Counted from the first letter of the stretch, positions 38,795 to 53,330 are shown. The stretch: 64,000 nucleotides of DNA from Octopus vulgaris (GCA_951406725.2 OX597814.1:140492001-140556000), one strand, 5' to 3'. Numbers and translations: made by a program. The notes: generated by a model not told the origin, from the sequence alone.

Positions 38795-40016
38795 TATATA
38801 AAATGTGCTTCCTGCAGCTGTAAGGGTTCTTTTTTAGCTCTTATTTCTAGCTATGTAGGTGCTATCCTGCACCTTCAGTCACAACTAGCGACAACTGAGT
38901 TTTTCCATTTTGCTTTTATATTGTGTATAGCCGCCTTTCATTTTATATATATATATATATATATATAAAATTTTTAAAACATGTGTCTAATATACAGAGG
39001 ACTGCAACCTTATGGAAATGAATGAAAAATAAACCCAGTGACCTTGGTTTATTGACATATCAGCTCAATACAAATGCTAAATCCTTAGCTTGAGAGGATC
39101 TCTGTATAAATGTCAAAATATATATCTATCACTTGCCTATTTTCTAGTATCCAGAATATAAACCCATTTTTGTATCTACTTAAAAAAAAGAATGCTTTGA
39201 AGTAGATTAAAAAAGAATTGTAGTAAGATCCGTGTCCCTCCCCACTCTTGGATTGTCAATGTTAAGGTTGCTTGCAAAATATAATCTGTCATTAAGTCAC
39301 ATTGTTGACTTGTATTTAAGTTCACAAAGCTTCATTGGCATTTAAGACTGAAATTGCCTTCTTCACTCTCTGCTAGTCAGTGCATTCATGTTGAATTTGT
39401 CATTGACTTCTCAGTCTTAAGATTGTTATGTTGATTATCATCATCATCATCATCGTTTAATGTCCACTTTTCCATGCTTGCATAAGATGGAATTTGTTGA
39501 GGCAGATTTTCTATGGCCAGATGCCCTTCCAGTTGCCAACCTTCACCTATTCTCAAGCAAGGTCATATTTCCCTATGCACGTTTTTCACAGGAGACTAGA
39601 AATGAAAAACATTGCTTGTATGATGGTGATGCTTGTTTACAGCCATCACAAGTACACCTAAACACACACACACACACACAAATATGTATGTAGACACAGG
39701 TGTGGTTGTGTGGTAAGAAGCTTGCTTCCCAATTACATGGTTCCACAGTCAGTCCCACTGCAAAGTACCTTGTGCAAATGTCCTCTACTATAGCTTTGTG
39801 TTGACCAAAGCCTTGCGAGTGGATTTGGTTGGTGGAAACTGAAAGCAGTCCGTTATGTGTCTTTGTCTCCCACCACTGCTTGACAAACAGTGTTGGTGTG
39901 TTTACATCCCCATAACTAAGGAGTTTGGCAAAAGAAGCTGATAGAATAAGTACCAGGCTTAAAATAAGATAAGTACTAGGGTTGACTCATTTACATTAAT
40001 TACATTGGATTGTTAT

Positions 40017-40170
40017 GTATCCTCATCTTGTTTGTTGTTATCACAATGTTTCAGCTGATTTACAGGAGAGTAAATCAACCAAAACGTGGTAACAACAAAA
40101 AAGATGAGGACACATATCCGTCCAATGTAAATAATGGACAGAATTCCTCCTCTCTAAAATATAGAACAGT
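40017..40170. mobile_element. Penelope-like terminus with a short fold-back
   Basis: atcctcatcttgtttgttgttatcacaatgtttcagctgatttac-aggaga-gtaaatcaaccaaaacgtggtaacaacaaaaaagatgaggac. Shares sequence with 11321-11341 and 61068-61180. Confidence 0.65.
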
Positions 40171-43100
40171 ATCGACTCACTTAACAAAAAATTCTTCAGA
40201 AGCACTGCATGGTTATGGTCTAATACCTGACACAAGTGAAATGATGCATATATACAATGTACTCCTTTTAGTATCTGTCTACACAATCCACTCACAAGGC
40301 TTTGGTTGGCTCAGGGCTACATTAGAAGACACTTGCCTAAGGTGCCATACCACAAGACGGAACCCAAAGCCATGTGGCCACAAATTGAACCATCTTAACC
40401 ACACAGCTATGCCTACAGTTATGATATAGTATCAAAAATGTCATAACTAATTTTCTCATTAATGATTCCCATTAATATAAATAAAGTTCCAAACACTGCC
40501 ACTTAATGTTAATTATAGTTCATAAATTGCCTTTATAGGAGTTTGGTATTTGGTATTTTCAGAGGTTTGACTGACTAATAAAGTAGTTAACTTGTGTAGA
40601 ATGTTTTTATTAGCATAAATCAAGTTTTTAATTAGCTACCAATTAACATAATGTAATATTATTACTGTTATATTCCCCCTTTTTTTTTCTGTTTTAAGGA
40701 ATTTTAAATGAACTCTCACAAACTGCTGGCAATTTTCCCATTTTTCTACTTTAACAAATTAGTAGTGTTCCAAGATTAATTAAACCAAAATGTTCTATTT
40801 CTAAATATTAAACCTGTTCTTTTTATTTATTATTTATTTTATGGTTTAATCAGAGGCAGAAGAACACTGGTTGTGATTCTTTTGCAGGGCTGCTTTGCTA
40901 AAGAGAGGAATGTCTCAATATCTTCAAACGCAAGATCTACTTTTGTTTTTGTATTTTTTTGCAACAAAGTGGACTTCACTAAAGGCACCTGAGGTGGTGT
41001 TAAACTAGACAAAGAATCCAAGAATGAGTACAAGCAGTTTGGTGATTTTCATCAATACATCTCCTTTCATAAGGTTTGGACCAACTCTCATCTGTGCTAA
41101 AAGACACTTTGACCAAGGTGCCATGTTGTAGGATTGATCTTGAACCCACATGATTCGTCATCATCATCATTTAATGACCATTGTCCATGCTGGCATGGGT
41201 TGGGTGCTTTGACAGGAGCTGGCCAAGGCCTGTTTTGGTATGGGTTCTGCAGTTAATTGTTCTTCCTAATGCTAACCACTTTACAGAATGTACTGAGTGT
41301 TTCTTATGTGGCACCAGCATGGGTGCTATTATATGTGCTTTATGTGGCACCAGTACTGGTGCATTTCACATGGCACCAACACAGGTGCTTTTACATGGCA
41401 CATGATTATGGAGCAAATTTAACTACATAAACATGGTCGTGACTACATCTGTGTATGTCCTTCTCACCCTTTGACAACTGGTGTTGGTTTGTTTATGTCA
41501 CTGTAACTTAATGGCTTCAGCAAAAGTGACCAATAGAATAAACATCAGACTTTAAAAGAAAAAAAAAAATGCTTTGTTCAATTAAACCACCAGCATGGCT
41601 GCAGTCCAACAAATGAAGCAAATAAAAGGTAAATGGGAATAAATTAAGCCTCATTGAAACTTGCAGTAATTTTTAGATGTTTAAACTATAAAATTATCAT
41701 TTCTTTCTTTTTCTTTTTTTCTTTTTGTGGATTAATTTTCAGTCAATTTAAATTGTTGAAACATTGAGACCAGACAAAAAAAGTTTGTATTTTAAATCTA
41801 AACTTGATCCTTTGGTATTGGTAGATGACATCATTCACCCACACAACCTTCCCTCATGACATAGATAAACAGGCTAGGCTGAAAAAGAGGGTGAATGATG
41901 TTGTCTCCTCATACTGAGACTCTAGAGACCAATACTGAAGAATCACCAGTCTAAACTGGTTACTTGAAGATTATAGTTTTCACTCATAATTATAGTTCAT
42001 TTCATCAAGATGGATTAAGATTAATTTGTATTAGGGATATTGAAAACTGAAAAGAGGCCACATGGTGAAGATAAACTTTGTGTAGAGGCATATTAATAGC
42101 TGAAAGGTGAACCAAAATTATATTAGATGATGTTGAAATGAATGGAGCCATAAGACTTAGCTCCAGGTCAGCCTTGATCCAGTTGACATATGATCTAAGG
42201 TGTTCCAGTTATAATCTTCTCGTGATTTTTCTGATATAGTCTTTATAGGACTATTATCTTATGTAACCTCTCTTTTATTGTGCAAGAGACTAATAATTAC
42301 TAGAGATTTTGTACTTATGTAAAGTGAAAATAAGTATAAAAATTACCCTTAAGGCACCCCCTTCCCCCATTTGGCACACATTCATGCAACCCTTTCCCAC
42401 TGTTTAAGGGTTAATGTGTTTCTTGAATCATTGCTAGTAAACACCTGTTGGGAAAAGATATTGGCATGTGGAAGTTACAGAGGGTTGGGTGTTCTGAGAA
42501 GGAAGGACTAAATGTAGGAAGGTGTAGTGGTTAGTGAAAGGTTTGGGGAGTTGGTCACAGATTGAGGAACAGAGACAATTTGGTTGAGAATGCTTAAGTA
42601 GAAGTGGCTTGAGCTCTGGTTCTGTGACAAGCAGTGGCCATTATAGTAGTATAGTGTATGTAGTATTGCAGATTATCTCCGAGTGGTCAGTCCTAATCTG
42701 GCAGACCTATAATCAAAAGCATTCCAGTCATGACCATTCCTTCTTTTCAGATAAAGTGTAAGCAGGATCACATTATCAACTCAATTCTTTCTTTTCTAAT
42801 GTAGTCAAATGTAATTTGAGGGAGATCTGGGTGCTATTTCTACCAGGGTAAGTGACCCTATAGGGGATCCCTCAGTGGGTGGCACATGTCAGTTTAATGT
42901 ATATTCACAAGCAGTGTAGAATTGACATATTATACTGGAGGAATGTAAATATGTGAAGTGAACTGCTTTATGTATAGCAACCAATGCTATTTCTCTAGGA
43001 ATGAAGAATAGGTGAGACTCCTGAAATTGACATTTAATACAAACATCAAAAAATCTATTAACTGCTCCACTGATCCTAAGATAACTTTCAAGTGACAAAC

Positions 43101-43994
43101 AATATGAACTTGTATGAGTAAGTTGTCCCTCTTGCCTTTCTTGAGCAGAATTATCAAGTTTGTGGGTATTTTCTTCACTATGAAATGTCATCTTAAAATT
43201 TGATAGCCACTACATTTCTCACTTAAGCACTTCTCAGATTATATTAATGTATTTGTAGTGAATGTAGATTGAGATATACAATTATATTGTAAAAGGCAGT
43301 ATATAATTGCTGTAAGACACTTGTCTTTAATTAGAAAAGAAATGGTTTATTGCTCTGTACTACAAAAACTGACTAAATAAATGATTAAATTGTTATTGTA
43401 GGAAACATCTATCATAAATGTGATAATATACTATAAATAAAGCTGATTAGCAAAGATGGAGGACCTTGATTTCAGCAATTGTAACAGTAATTTCATAGAC
43501 TGAGTACTAGTAGGTTGTAACTGTCTAGCTCCAGACTAGCTCTGCTTGAGAAGTCCTGTCAGAAAATAAAAGCATTTGAGATGTGGTTATCCCATTTTTG
43601 TACGAGGTCTAATGTGCCTCAGGACTATATTATCTTGGATACACCCTTCTGTCTTTAGACTATAGAGTATGATTTGAAGGAGATTTGGTTGCTACATCTA
43701 GCAGGTCTAGCTTGATAATACTTGTATCGGCTCCAATACAAATAGGTTGCTAGAACAATATTTGACAAGCAAAGATCAGAAAACTGTAAGAGCAGTATAC
43801 ACTTCAGGATACATTAGCTGCTTTCTCAACCTTAATACAAGTAGGTTGGCAAAACAAGCTGAGTATTAGAAACATTTGATAGAGGTGGTTGGGCTAGTGT
43901 GGTTATTTAACATGAAAGAATGTTATGCAATAAGAAGTAAAAAGCTACTGTAAGAAGGTAGTAGAAAGTGAACTGAAGAGAAGTAGGTGAAGTT

Positions 43995-44160
43995 AGGGAG
44001 GAAGATTGTTCAGTTGATAGGCTTTTTGGATAAAACAATGCGGGATAGAAATACATAGAGATATATTGTGGTACAGTATATCTATGTATTCCTATTCTGC
44101 ATTGTTTTATCTAAAAAGCCTATCTTTGTAACTACCAACTGAATAATAGTCTCCCTCCCT
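43995..44160. repeat. Long imperfect inverted repeat (hairpin)
   Basis: Core 44016-44124, in which gataggctttttggataaaacaatgc...tattgt pairs with acagtata...gcattgttttatctaaaaagcctatc. Outer extension agggaggaagattgttcagttg pairs with caactgaataatagtctccctccct. Confidence 0.85.
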
Positions 44161-46409
44161 GACACCAATCAAGCTGAATCAATGAGATTGATCAATTATT
44201 AATTAATCAGTAAAGGCCACAAAAAGTACCACTTTTGCATGAGCTAATGAAGAAGTTTCATCAGTAGTTGTCAACCTTTTTAATATTTAGGGCCAGATCC
44301 CAAACCTGGAAATTTTTTAGGGGGCCTGCACTAAAAATGTAAAACATAAGTCAATGAAAGAAAGAAAATATTGTATTTATAAAGGGAAAACTGTCAGGGG
44401 TCACTGGAAAGATATTTGAGGGTCATATGTGGTTCTGGTTGCTGCAGTTGAAATCTGCAGCCCTATATGGTTACTTAACTTACAAGAAATAACAACCAAT
44501 TTCCCTTATAAAAGGAAGGTGGGGAAGACACATTGGATAATGTAGTTGAAGTACTATTCCTAAGAAAGAAAGACTAGTTGGTCATGCCTGCAATACCTTA
44601 GATCATGGGTTTACTTGGTCAACATTGAACCCAGGGGTAAACAACAGCAATTACTTTTGCACCTAAAAGATTTAAAATATAAAATAATATATAAAATTTC
44701 CTAGAAAATGTTCCTATTTTCAACTGTTTGAGTCTATCTTATAGACAATGCCATTAAACATTCATCAGTGTCGTCATTATATATTGGCATGAATAATCAG
44801 GTTCATACATGTATCTTGATGTATCTTCTTTCACCTGTCTCCATTAAAGATTCTGTTCATCAAATCCTACTAATATGTAATTGGTAAACATCTCTTTGCT
44901 GAGCAGTATCTATTATGTATGTCTATAGTATCCCAGTTGCCTTCTCTCTTGGATAGAGCAAATTTCATTTTAAATATCCACATATGATATCTCTGGTCAT
45001 TTGCCCTGAAATCTATCTTTCAAATTCCTATTATAAACTCAATATCTTGTTTATAATCCTTCGTCATAATTTCACGTCCTCTGAATTTAATTTATTATTC
45101 AAATTTCACCGAAATATTAGCAGGTTAGTTGTGAGAAATGTTTCACCTTGTCAGCCTTATTGAAGGAGAATTATTATAACAATCGCAACAGTTTTCTGAA
45201 TATATTTTGGCTGCTTTGAATTTTGGGTATTGGATAAATGATAATATCATACTACTTAGGTTTTTAATTGACAACAAGACAGATATTTGCTTTACCTTCA
45301 TGTTTGCCATCTTAGAGAAAAATCAAAAGAACATTTTTACAAGATCTTAGCTATTGTAAATGTGTATCATTTTATAAGGCAGCATCACATGCATGTGCAC
45401 ACACGCACGCACGCACGCACACACACATACACACTCATGTATGTAGAAACTAAAGCCTTGACATTAAAAATGAAGATGATAAATCTTTAAACCCTCTCTG
45501 ATTTAAATGACTTCACAATATATGCACAATTTTCGGAAAGCCATTGAACTAATGTCTCTCCCCTAGTCAAATAGGCTTTTTAAGTGCAAATTAAAATATG
45601 CTCAAAGCAAATTAAAATATATTCAAAGTATATCAAATTAAATCTTTTTTTTTTTAAATTAAATAATGCCATCAAATCATATTGCCATTATCTGATGAGG
45701 AATAATCAACAGACTGGCAGCACATCGTAAATGAATATCTTTTGTGATGCCAAATGATGAAATTAATTCAGATTTGAAATGAATTAACATTACATTCAAA
45801 TAATAGACACCCACTATGTTTTTATCTTGCTATCTGCTATTTAATTTGCTCTGAGATTATTTTGTTTCAAGATTATTTTAATTTGCACTTGGAAAAGTGT
45901 AAAAGTGAGAATAGGATAAGAAGCAAATATTTAGAAATTCAAATCCCTCACTGAAAAGGAATATAAATTGATGAGTAGAATATAATCAGTTGAAAAGATT
46001 TTCAAAGGTTATTTTATTGTTTTAAAGTTTATTATTATTATTATTCAGTCCTCAAAATACTTGGAGAAATATGTTTGTGAGTAATTAACATCACACCCTG
46101 GAGGGATGAACAAGATAACAGGGGAATTTCATCATATTTACACAAAACTGTTTAAGTATTCTTTTTTTTCTTTTCGCCTGTTGTAAAATTGAAAATTGAA
46201 GACTGAGGATATTATTTCACCAATGCTGGTTGCCCTTGTTCAAATTTTGAATTTGCATTTCTATAATTTTGAATTTCTATGTATCACTTTTCATTTTGAA
46301 CTCAACAAAGACAGGCAAGCTGTCAAAATATTATTTAACTAATAAAATATCTATTGCAATTGCATCACACTCTTCGTATTGTCCACCACCATCATCATCA
46401 CCATCATCA

Positions 46410-46443
<34 letters not shown>

Positions 46444-46639
46444 GGCAGTGAGCTGGCAGGATCATTAGCAAAGTGGACAAAATGCTTAGTGGTATTTAAC
46501 CTGACACCATGTTCTGAGGTCAACTTTGCCTCTTATCTTTTTGGGGTTGATAAATTAAGTACCAGTGAAACATTGGGGTCAATGTAATTGACTTACCCCA
46601 TCCCCCAAATTCCAGGCTTGTACCTCTAGTAGAAAGGAT

Positions 46640-47028
46640 TATTATTCAGTAGTCTTATTTTTATCATATGCTTTCACTGCACTACCAAGTGCAGTTCTGT
46701 GTGCTTTGAGTATGTGCTGTGGTTTGTTGTGATGCTCTTATTTTTACTGTATTGAAAGTGTTTTATGTAGAATGTATGCAGTGCCTAGTAGTACTATTTT
46801 CTGTATGTTATTTATACCTTTTAGTCCTAATGTTTTTGTTATGTATTTGTCTAAATATTTTTTATCATACCTAGTGCACCTACTATGATAGGAATTGTTT
46901 CTGTTTTTAGACTCCAGATTTGAGTTACCTCTATTTCCAGATATTTGTATTTTGAAGGTTTCTCCATTTCTTTTAGAGAAACATTGTCATCTGTTGGTAC
47001 TGATACATCGATTAGAAAGCATTTTTTT
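46640..47028 (-). mobile_element. R4/Dong-like non-LTR retrotransposon 3' fragment (RLE)
   Basis: KKCFLIDVSVPTDDNVSLKEMEKPSKYKYLEIEVTQIWSLKTETIPIIVGALGMIK is a typical RLE C-terminus. The 3' UTR ends in (TAA)n, consistent with Dong/R4 targeting of TAA repeats. Confidence 0.82.
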
Positions 47029-47030
47029 AT

Positions 47031-47390
47031 TATTATTACCTCCACCAAGGCAGGGGTATTGTTTTCAGTCGTGTTTGTTTGTTTGTCCGTGGACATGATA
47101 TCTCAAGAACCACTGGATGGTTTCAGATGAAACTTCAGGAATGTTTGGCCTCATGGCTGGTATGAACTGATTAGATTTTGGGATCAATCTGGTACCGGAT
47201 AACGATTCTGGATTATTTTTCTTATTTTTACTTAATTTTTGAGAGCAGTCGGGTTCATTTTTAGTATTCTCGTTTGTGAGAGCAGTCGAGTTTATTTCAG
47301 ATATTCTCATTTTAAAAATCATCTCTGGCTAATCGCTGAGAGGACATTGGCGTTGTCTTGGCAGAGGTTTGTGCTCTCTGAGCACTCTTG
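47031..47390 (+). mobile_element. Helentron-associated interspersed element (HINE/DINE-1-like)
   Basis: 5' ttattacctccaccaagg with inverted subterminal copy cttggcagaggt near the 3' end, followed by the short hairpin gtgctctctgagcac. Has a (GTTT)n tract after the 5' end and T-rich flanks. Confidence 0.75.
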
Positions 47391-47399
47391 TTGTTGTTG

Positions 47400-47995
47400 T
47401 TATTTAACATTTGGTAGTTTCAGGCAAGTTTCTACTGCATCACCTGCTATACCTCCATGATGCCGAGGTGTGCACAGCATTGCATGTTCTTTTTTGTTGT
47501 TGGAGGATTGCAAACGCTTCTCAGTATTGTATTGTGTCAGTTTGTTTTGTTATGGGGTTTGGTTGCAGTCTTTTGTTGTATTAGTGTTTGTATTGTGTGT
47601 TGAGTATGTGTAATGCGAGTTGTCTTCTGTTGGATAATCAGCCTGTTGGTAGTTGTTAATTTTATTGGATATTTGCTTTGTAGAGTGTGTCTTGTGCTAG
47701 TGGGTTGTTTTGTTTGGGTTGTATCATTGAATTGATAGTATCTTGTGTAGGATGTGGGCTGTTCTTAGCAGGGTTATGTTTTGAATAGTGCATAGTGTTG
47801 AGGGTTCAGGTATAGCTTCTACATTTTTGTGTATATGCTTTTTTTTCTCTTATGCTTAATACTCCAATTATTGCTGGTATTGTTTTTACCTTCATGCTCC
47901 ACATACTTTAAAGTCTTTGTACTTTGACAGTTTTTCCCACTTCTTTTTGGGCAATATTCTGGCCAGAAGGGACTGCAATGTCTATCAGTTAGCAG
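47400..47995 (-). mobile_element. Second, more degraded R4/Dong-like RLE fragment with a long CA-rich 3' region
   Basis: Minus strand gives LIDIAVPSGQNIAQKEV/EKLSKYKDF...MWSMKVKTIPAIIGVLSI at about 47995-47840, with frameshifts. Confidence 0.65.
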
Positions 47996-50900
47996 TTAGG
48001 TTTTTTTTTTTTTTTTTACAATCCTTGATATTTATGCCTGGGATATTAGCTTTTATTTCCTCATCATCATCATTATCATCATTATTATTGAGTGAGAGAA
48101 ACATGCATGCCACCAAAGTTACATTGGAGTACAAATATACAAAGCGCAATATACCCATCATGATAAAGGTACACAAGTTACATGCATCAGAACCATATGT
48201 GTATGACATGGTCTCATATCAACATATACAACTCGTGACCTTGTAAATGGGGCCCAGTTAAAATTTTCTTTAGGTTGAGTAGCCCATTCTGCTTTAAAGT
48301 GGTTGCTGAATAAAGATTTAAGGATGATAAGGAAACACAGGTGTTTCCTGAGTTGAATTATTTAAACCTCAAAGAATTCCTCTCAACACATGGTTATGAT
48401 GCTTGTGATCAGTGATGCACATATCATCATCAGTCATTATTATTATTATTATTAAACGAATTAATTATTATTATTATTGAGGCAGTGAGCTGGGAGAATC
48501 GTTAGCACGTTGGACAAAATGCATTTCATTCGCCTTGACGTTCTGAGTTCAAATTCCGCTAAGCTCGACTTTGTATTTCGTCCTTTCGGGATCAATAAAA
48601 TGAGCACCGGTTTCACACTGGGGTCGGTGTAATTAACTAGGACACCCCCCCCCCCCCAATTTAGGCCTTGTATTATTGTTTTTTTATTATTATTAAATCA
48701 GTGAGCTGGCAGAATTAACACGCCAGATGAAATGCTTAGCAGTATTTCAACCATCGCTATGTTCTGAGTTAGAATTCCACCAAGATCAACTTTACCTCTC
48801 ATGCTTTCGGGGTCAATAAAATGAGTACCAGCTGAACACTGGGGTTGATGTAATCAACTCATCCCCTCCCACTAAATTGCTACCCTTGTGACAAATTTGA
48901 AACCATTATTATTATTATTATTATCATTACTACTACTACTACCATCGTCATCATCCTCTTGTATCCTTTAAAATTTCTTCATAATAAAGTTATAAAGTAC
49001 TAATTCATTGTGATGAGTAAGATATTTAATTGAAGTTTTTTTAATGTCCTTATTTAATACTTCTTGTTTTTACAGTATGCCATCTACGTTGAACAAATAA
49101 GGAAGTTTAAGATACTTAGATTAAATGGTTGTTATAATAAAAATTTTACTGGGCCAAATCTTCACTTACAACTTTTGTATATATAAATAGAACAAGTTTT
49201 AAACCTGCATTAATATTTTCAGGATATTTATATAAATCCTTCTGATCTTAGATATTGTTCTATATACGCGAATACATACAGAATAATACATGACATTTAC
49301 TAAATCTATTTTTAGTTAGCATATCTGTGGCACCCTTAAATGGCATATAAAGCATTTTCCTACTGGATTCTTATCTAAACAATTAGATTCATTCTCTAAT
49401 AGCTTCTTTTTCCAGTCTAACATTTTCAACAGACCTCTTTTTCACCTTCCCTCTCCTTTCTAATAAATAATTTATATTGAGAGATTATTTTTCTGAATTT
49501 ATGTCTGTTTGGCAAGTTATATTAACGGCTGTATCGTATTTCCTCAGTATAAGATACAAAATATGATCGATTTAAAAAATAAAAATATAGTTGCTATCTC
49601 ATTTTTATTATGGGCATATGATTTTATGATTTAGGTATTAAAACACGCTGTCATCATCATCCTTTAATGTCTATTTTTCATACCAGCATGGGTTGGACAG
49701 TTTGACTAGAGCTGGCAAGCAGGAGAGCTGCACCAGGTTCCGGTCTGATTTGGTTTGGTTTCCACAACTGGATGCCCTTCCTAACACCAACCACTTTACA
49801 GTGTGTGCTGGGTGTTTTCAACATGACACCAGCACAGGTGCTTTTTTTTTTTTCCTACATGGCACTGTCACTGGGCCAATCCTCTTCATTAGAAGAAAGT
49901 GGTGATTTTACTGAAAGATATTTAGCTGGTTACTTGTGTTGGTTAATACAAGATGTTACATATGCATAATATGTACTTAGAAGAAGAAAAAAAAGAAAAA
50001 AACGGGCTTGCTTATAGCTTAGATTTGAAGATATTGTTGCCATGAATAATAGCTAAAGCTGTAGATTTTTGACATTTCAAATTCATCAATTAAAATATGC
50101 TTATTCTCATTTTCATTTTTCATACCAATTAAGATACATATTTTATACAGCTGGTTTTTTTTTCTAATGAGGTTGACTGTACTTCAAAAGTATTTGTGAC
50201 AGTTAACTAATTTCATGATACAATATATTGGAATATTTCAATTTGCTTCATGTTTATTTTATTTGCTTCATCTTGTATTTTTATCTTTTAATCTTTCCTT
50301 AATTGATGATCAACTTCTAGTTATGTAAACTTATGAAAGTAATCTGTGGTAAACATTAAATCTCAATTTCATCTTCTGTTTTGTGATCTCTTATTTGAAA
50401 AGTGATTTAAGGATATAGTGCTTAAAACTCTGTTAGTTTGGTTTGTATTTTATTCACAACAGTTGGTGCTACAATGTAGCAAGTGTTGTTGAGATCAATA
50501 CAAAATTACTGAGATATGATGAAAATTTACACCTTACTAAATGTTCCTATATCTTAAATTATCTCTCTTTCAGCCTTGATATAGCAAAATGCTTTTAACT
50601 AATAACTGCAATACTTGTATAGATATTTAAAAAATTTATTCCTTCACTTCACTTTACTTTCTCCATTATCATTATAAAACATACGTTTCATACTGCCAAA
50701 GCTTGGATGATTCAACAGGAACTGTCAAACCAGAGGGCTGTGCTGAGCTCCAGTATCTGCTTTGGCATGATTTCTATAGCAGGATGGATGTCCTTCCTGA
50801 TGCTAACCTATTTACAGAGTGACTTGGGTGCTTTTCAGACGGCACCAGCTCTAATGAGGTCACCAAGTAATTTGCAAGCCAAGGCAAGAGTGCTCAACTG

Positions 50901-53330
50901 AGTGGGGGTAAGGTATTGAGGGGGTGACTTTGTGCCAGGTGCTAAGAGATTAAAGTATGGCAGAGAGACGGGAACAGTTATCTTGTAGAGGAGATACATG
51001 AGATTCTGCCCTTCAAGAACAGCATGAAATAAATAAATGTAAATAATCTGTAGAAGTTAACTTCTTGAGGTGATGTTTGGCTTAGTAGTAGAAATGAAGA
51101 TTAATAAATTTAAATTTTGAAAAAAAAAAAAAAAAATCTCAAAAAGCTTAAATTCCTCAAAAATTGCTCTTGATTATTACAGCTGAAAAGGCAGCAAGCT
51201 GGCAGAATCATTAGAATGTTGAGGAAAATACTTAGTATTTCTTCTGGCTCTTTATGTTCAAATTCTGCTGAGAGCAATTTTACCTTTCACCCTTTCAGGG
51301 TCACTAAATTAAGCACCAGTTGAACCTGGGTCTATATCATCAACTACCTCCTACCTGCAAAACTTCAGGCCTTTTTCCTATAGTAGACAGGATTATTACT
51401 GCTGGGAACAATCAATTTGATTATTTATTGGTTCAAAAGTTACGTGTTTAAATCCCATTTGAAACATTAGTTGACTCAATTTCTACTAACTAGTCTAACA
51501 TAAGAATTGAACAGCTAACACCAGGAATACCAAAATTGCTTGGACTGTTTCCTAGGTGAAATATGCTTGCTCAAAGTTTCAAAGGTTGAAAATGGTTCAT
51601 TCTTGAGATAGAGCTTAAATGTGGCTCTAAATTTAAGGAAATCCTCAAATTTAGTTCAGCCTCCTACTTTGAGTACCCAAACATCAGAACCATACATAGT
51701 TAGGAGCTGAAATTTTCAAAATCAATTAGGCACAGTGACTACTTTATTTAGATGAAATTTCAGGCAACTTGAAAAATGTCACTTTTCAAGTTTGGTTCAC
51801 AATGAGCTGGAATGCCACAGCAACAGATTTGGAGGGAGTATACTCAGGATCACATCAACGCCAGCCCTAGTAATGGAATGATGTTTTTTTTTTTTATCAA
51901 CCCTGGTAAGATTAGAACTTAGAATGTAGAAGGATGTCACTAAAGTCCTACTGCGAGGCATTTCAGCCATCACTCTACCTATTATGCTATTACTATTCAA
52001 AAATATCCACGTTCATATATGCTGGCAGTAACAGCTGGTTTGTTTATAAATTCATTGAAAAAAAGAGAAAACAATATAAAACCTTGTTACTTCACATTTC
52101 CTGTATTCCAATTGAGCAATCTGTTCTCGTTTATTTTTCTAAAATACTTGTACTATATTTGTTTCTGTTAATCATAGTTTTAAAAATAAAACAGTTTTGT
52201 GACTCCTTTCATGTTATCATCATCAGTTTAATGTTTAAATTTCCATGTTTGCACAAGTTGGATGGAGTTTATTGTAGCATTTTCTATGGCCAAATGCCCT
52301 TCCTGTCACCAACCCTTGTTTCCAAGCAAGGTAATATTTCCCCATGGTCAGACACGCTTTTGCAGAATACTGGAAATGAATGACCTTCATTTACATCAAT
52401 AACATGTCAAGACAAGGAGAGAGAGAGGCATGCATGTATGTGATGGCCTTCTTTCAGTTTCTGTCTACCAAATCCACTCACAAGACTTTGGTCGGCCTGA
52501 GGCTGTGGTAGACAATACTTGCCCAAGTGGGACTGAACCCAGATCTGTGTGGTAGGGAAGCAAACTTTCTACCACACAGCCACATATATATACTCAACCA
52601 CACACACGCACACAAACACACACACACACACACACCACACACCACATCATATCAACTTTACTGTCCCAATTGGAAATCCTATCCTTCTTTATACATACTT
52701 CTTACAGATATCGACCTATAGACAATGATATATGGATGCATTTGAGTGGGAGGGTCATTAAACATCATGAATGTATGTTTTCTTTCCTCCTCTAAACTAT
52801 TAACACATAAAATATTGTTTAGATACCGGTCAACTTTGATCAGGCAAACCTATGATTACAGCTGTTACCAAATCAAGTTTTATTTAAGCAGTATATCTGA
52901 TATTACATATACCAATGTAACCTCTTTTTATGACAGTTGAGGGGTATTTGACTTTTATTTTTAGTAGGCAACATAAGAGATTCTTTTGTGGCATAGTATA
53001 ACTATTTTATAGGGGTGTGTGTATTTTTTTTCTTCTTTTGTCTTGCAAGATACTTGGTAACCCTGTCAGTGCAGGTGTCACTTAAAAAGCATCCAGTCTA
53101 CACTGTAAAGTGGTTGGCATTTGGAAGGGCATCCAGCTGTAAAAAATCCTGCCAAAACAGTTACAGGAGTCTGGTGCCAGCTCCTCTCAAACCATTCCAG
53201 CCATGCCAGCATGGAAGGCAGATGTTAAACGATGATGATATATATAATGCATATACATAATGGACACACACATACATACAGGGAGAGAGTGAGTGTGTTT
53301 GTTCCTTCCTTCCTTTCTTTTTCCTTGCAG

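Noticed and set aside
40839-41033. Minus-strand ORF with protein-like composition
   Set aside because: A stop lies just upstream, there is no good in-frame acceptor, and no recognisable motif.
42999-43011. 13-nt microexon ctag|GAATGAAGAATAG|gtgaga, phase-compatible with exons 53331 or 56246
   Set aside because: The pyrimidine tract is short and such matches are expected by chance. It cannot be supported without RNA data.
45690-45720. Hammerhead ribozyme at ctgatgag
   Set aside because: No stem II followed by GAAA and no closing helices could be found.
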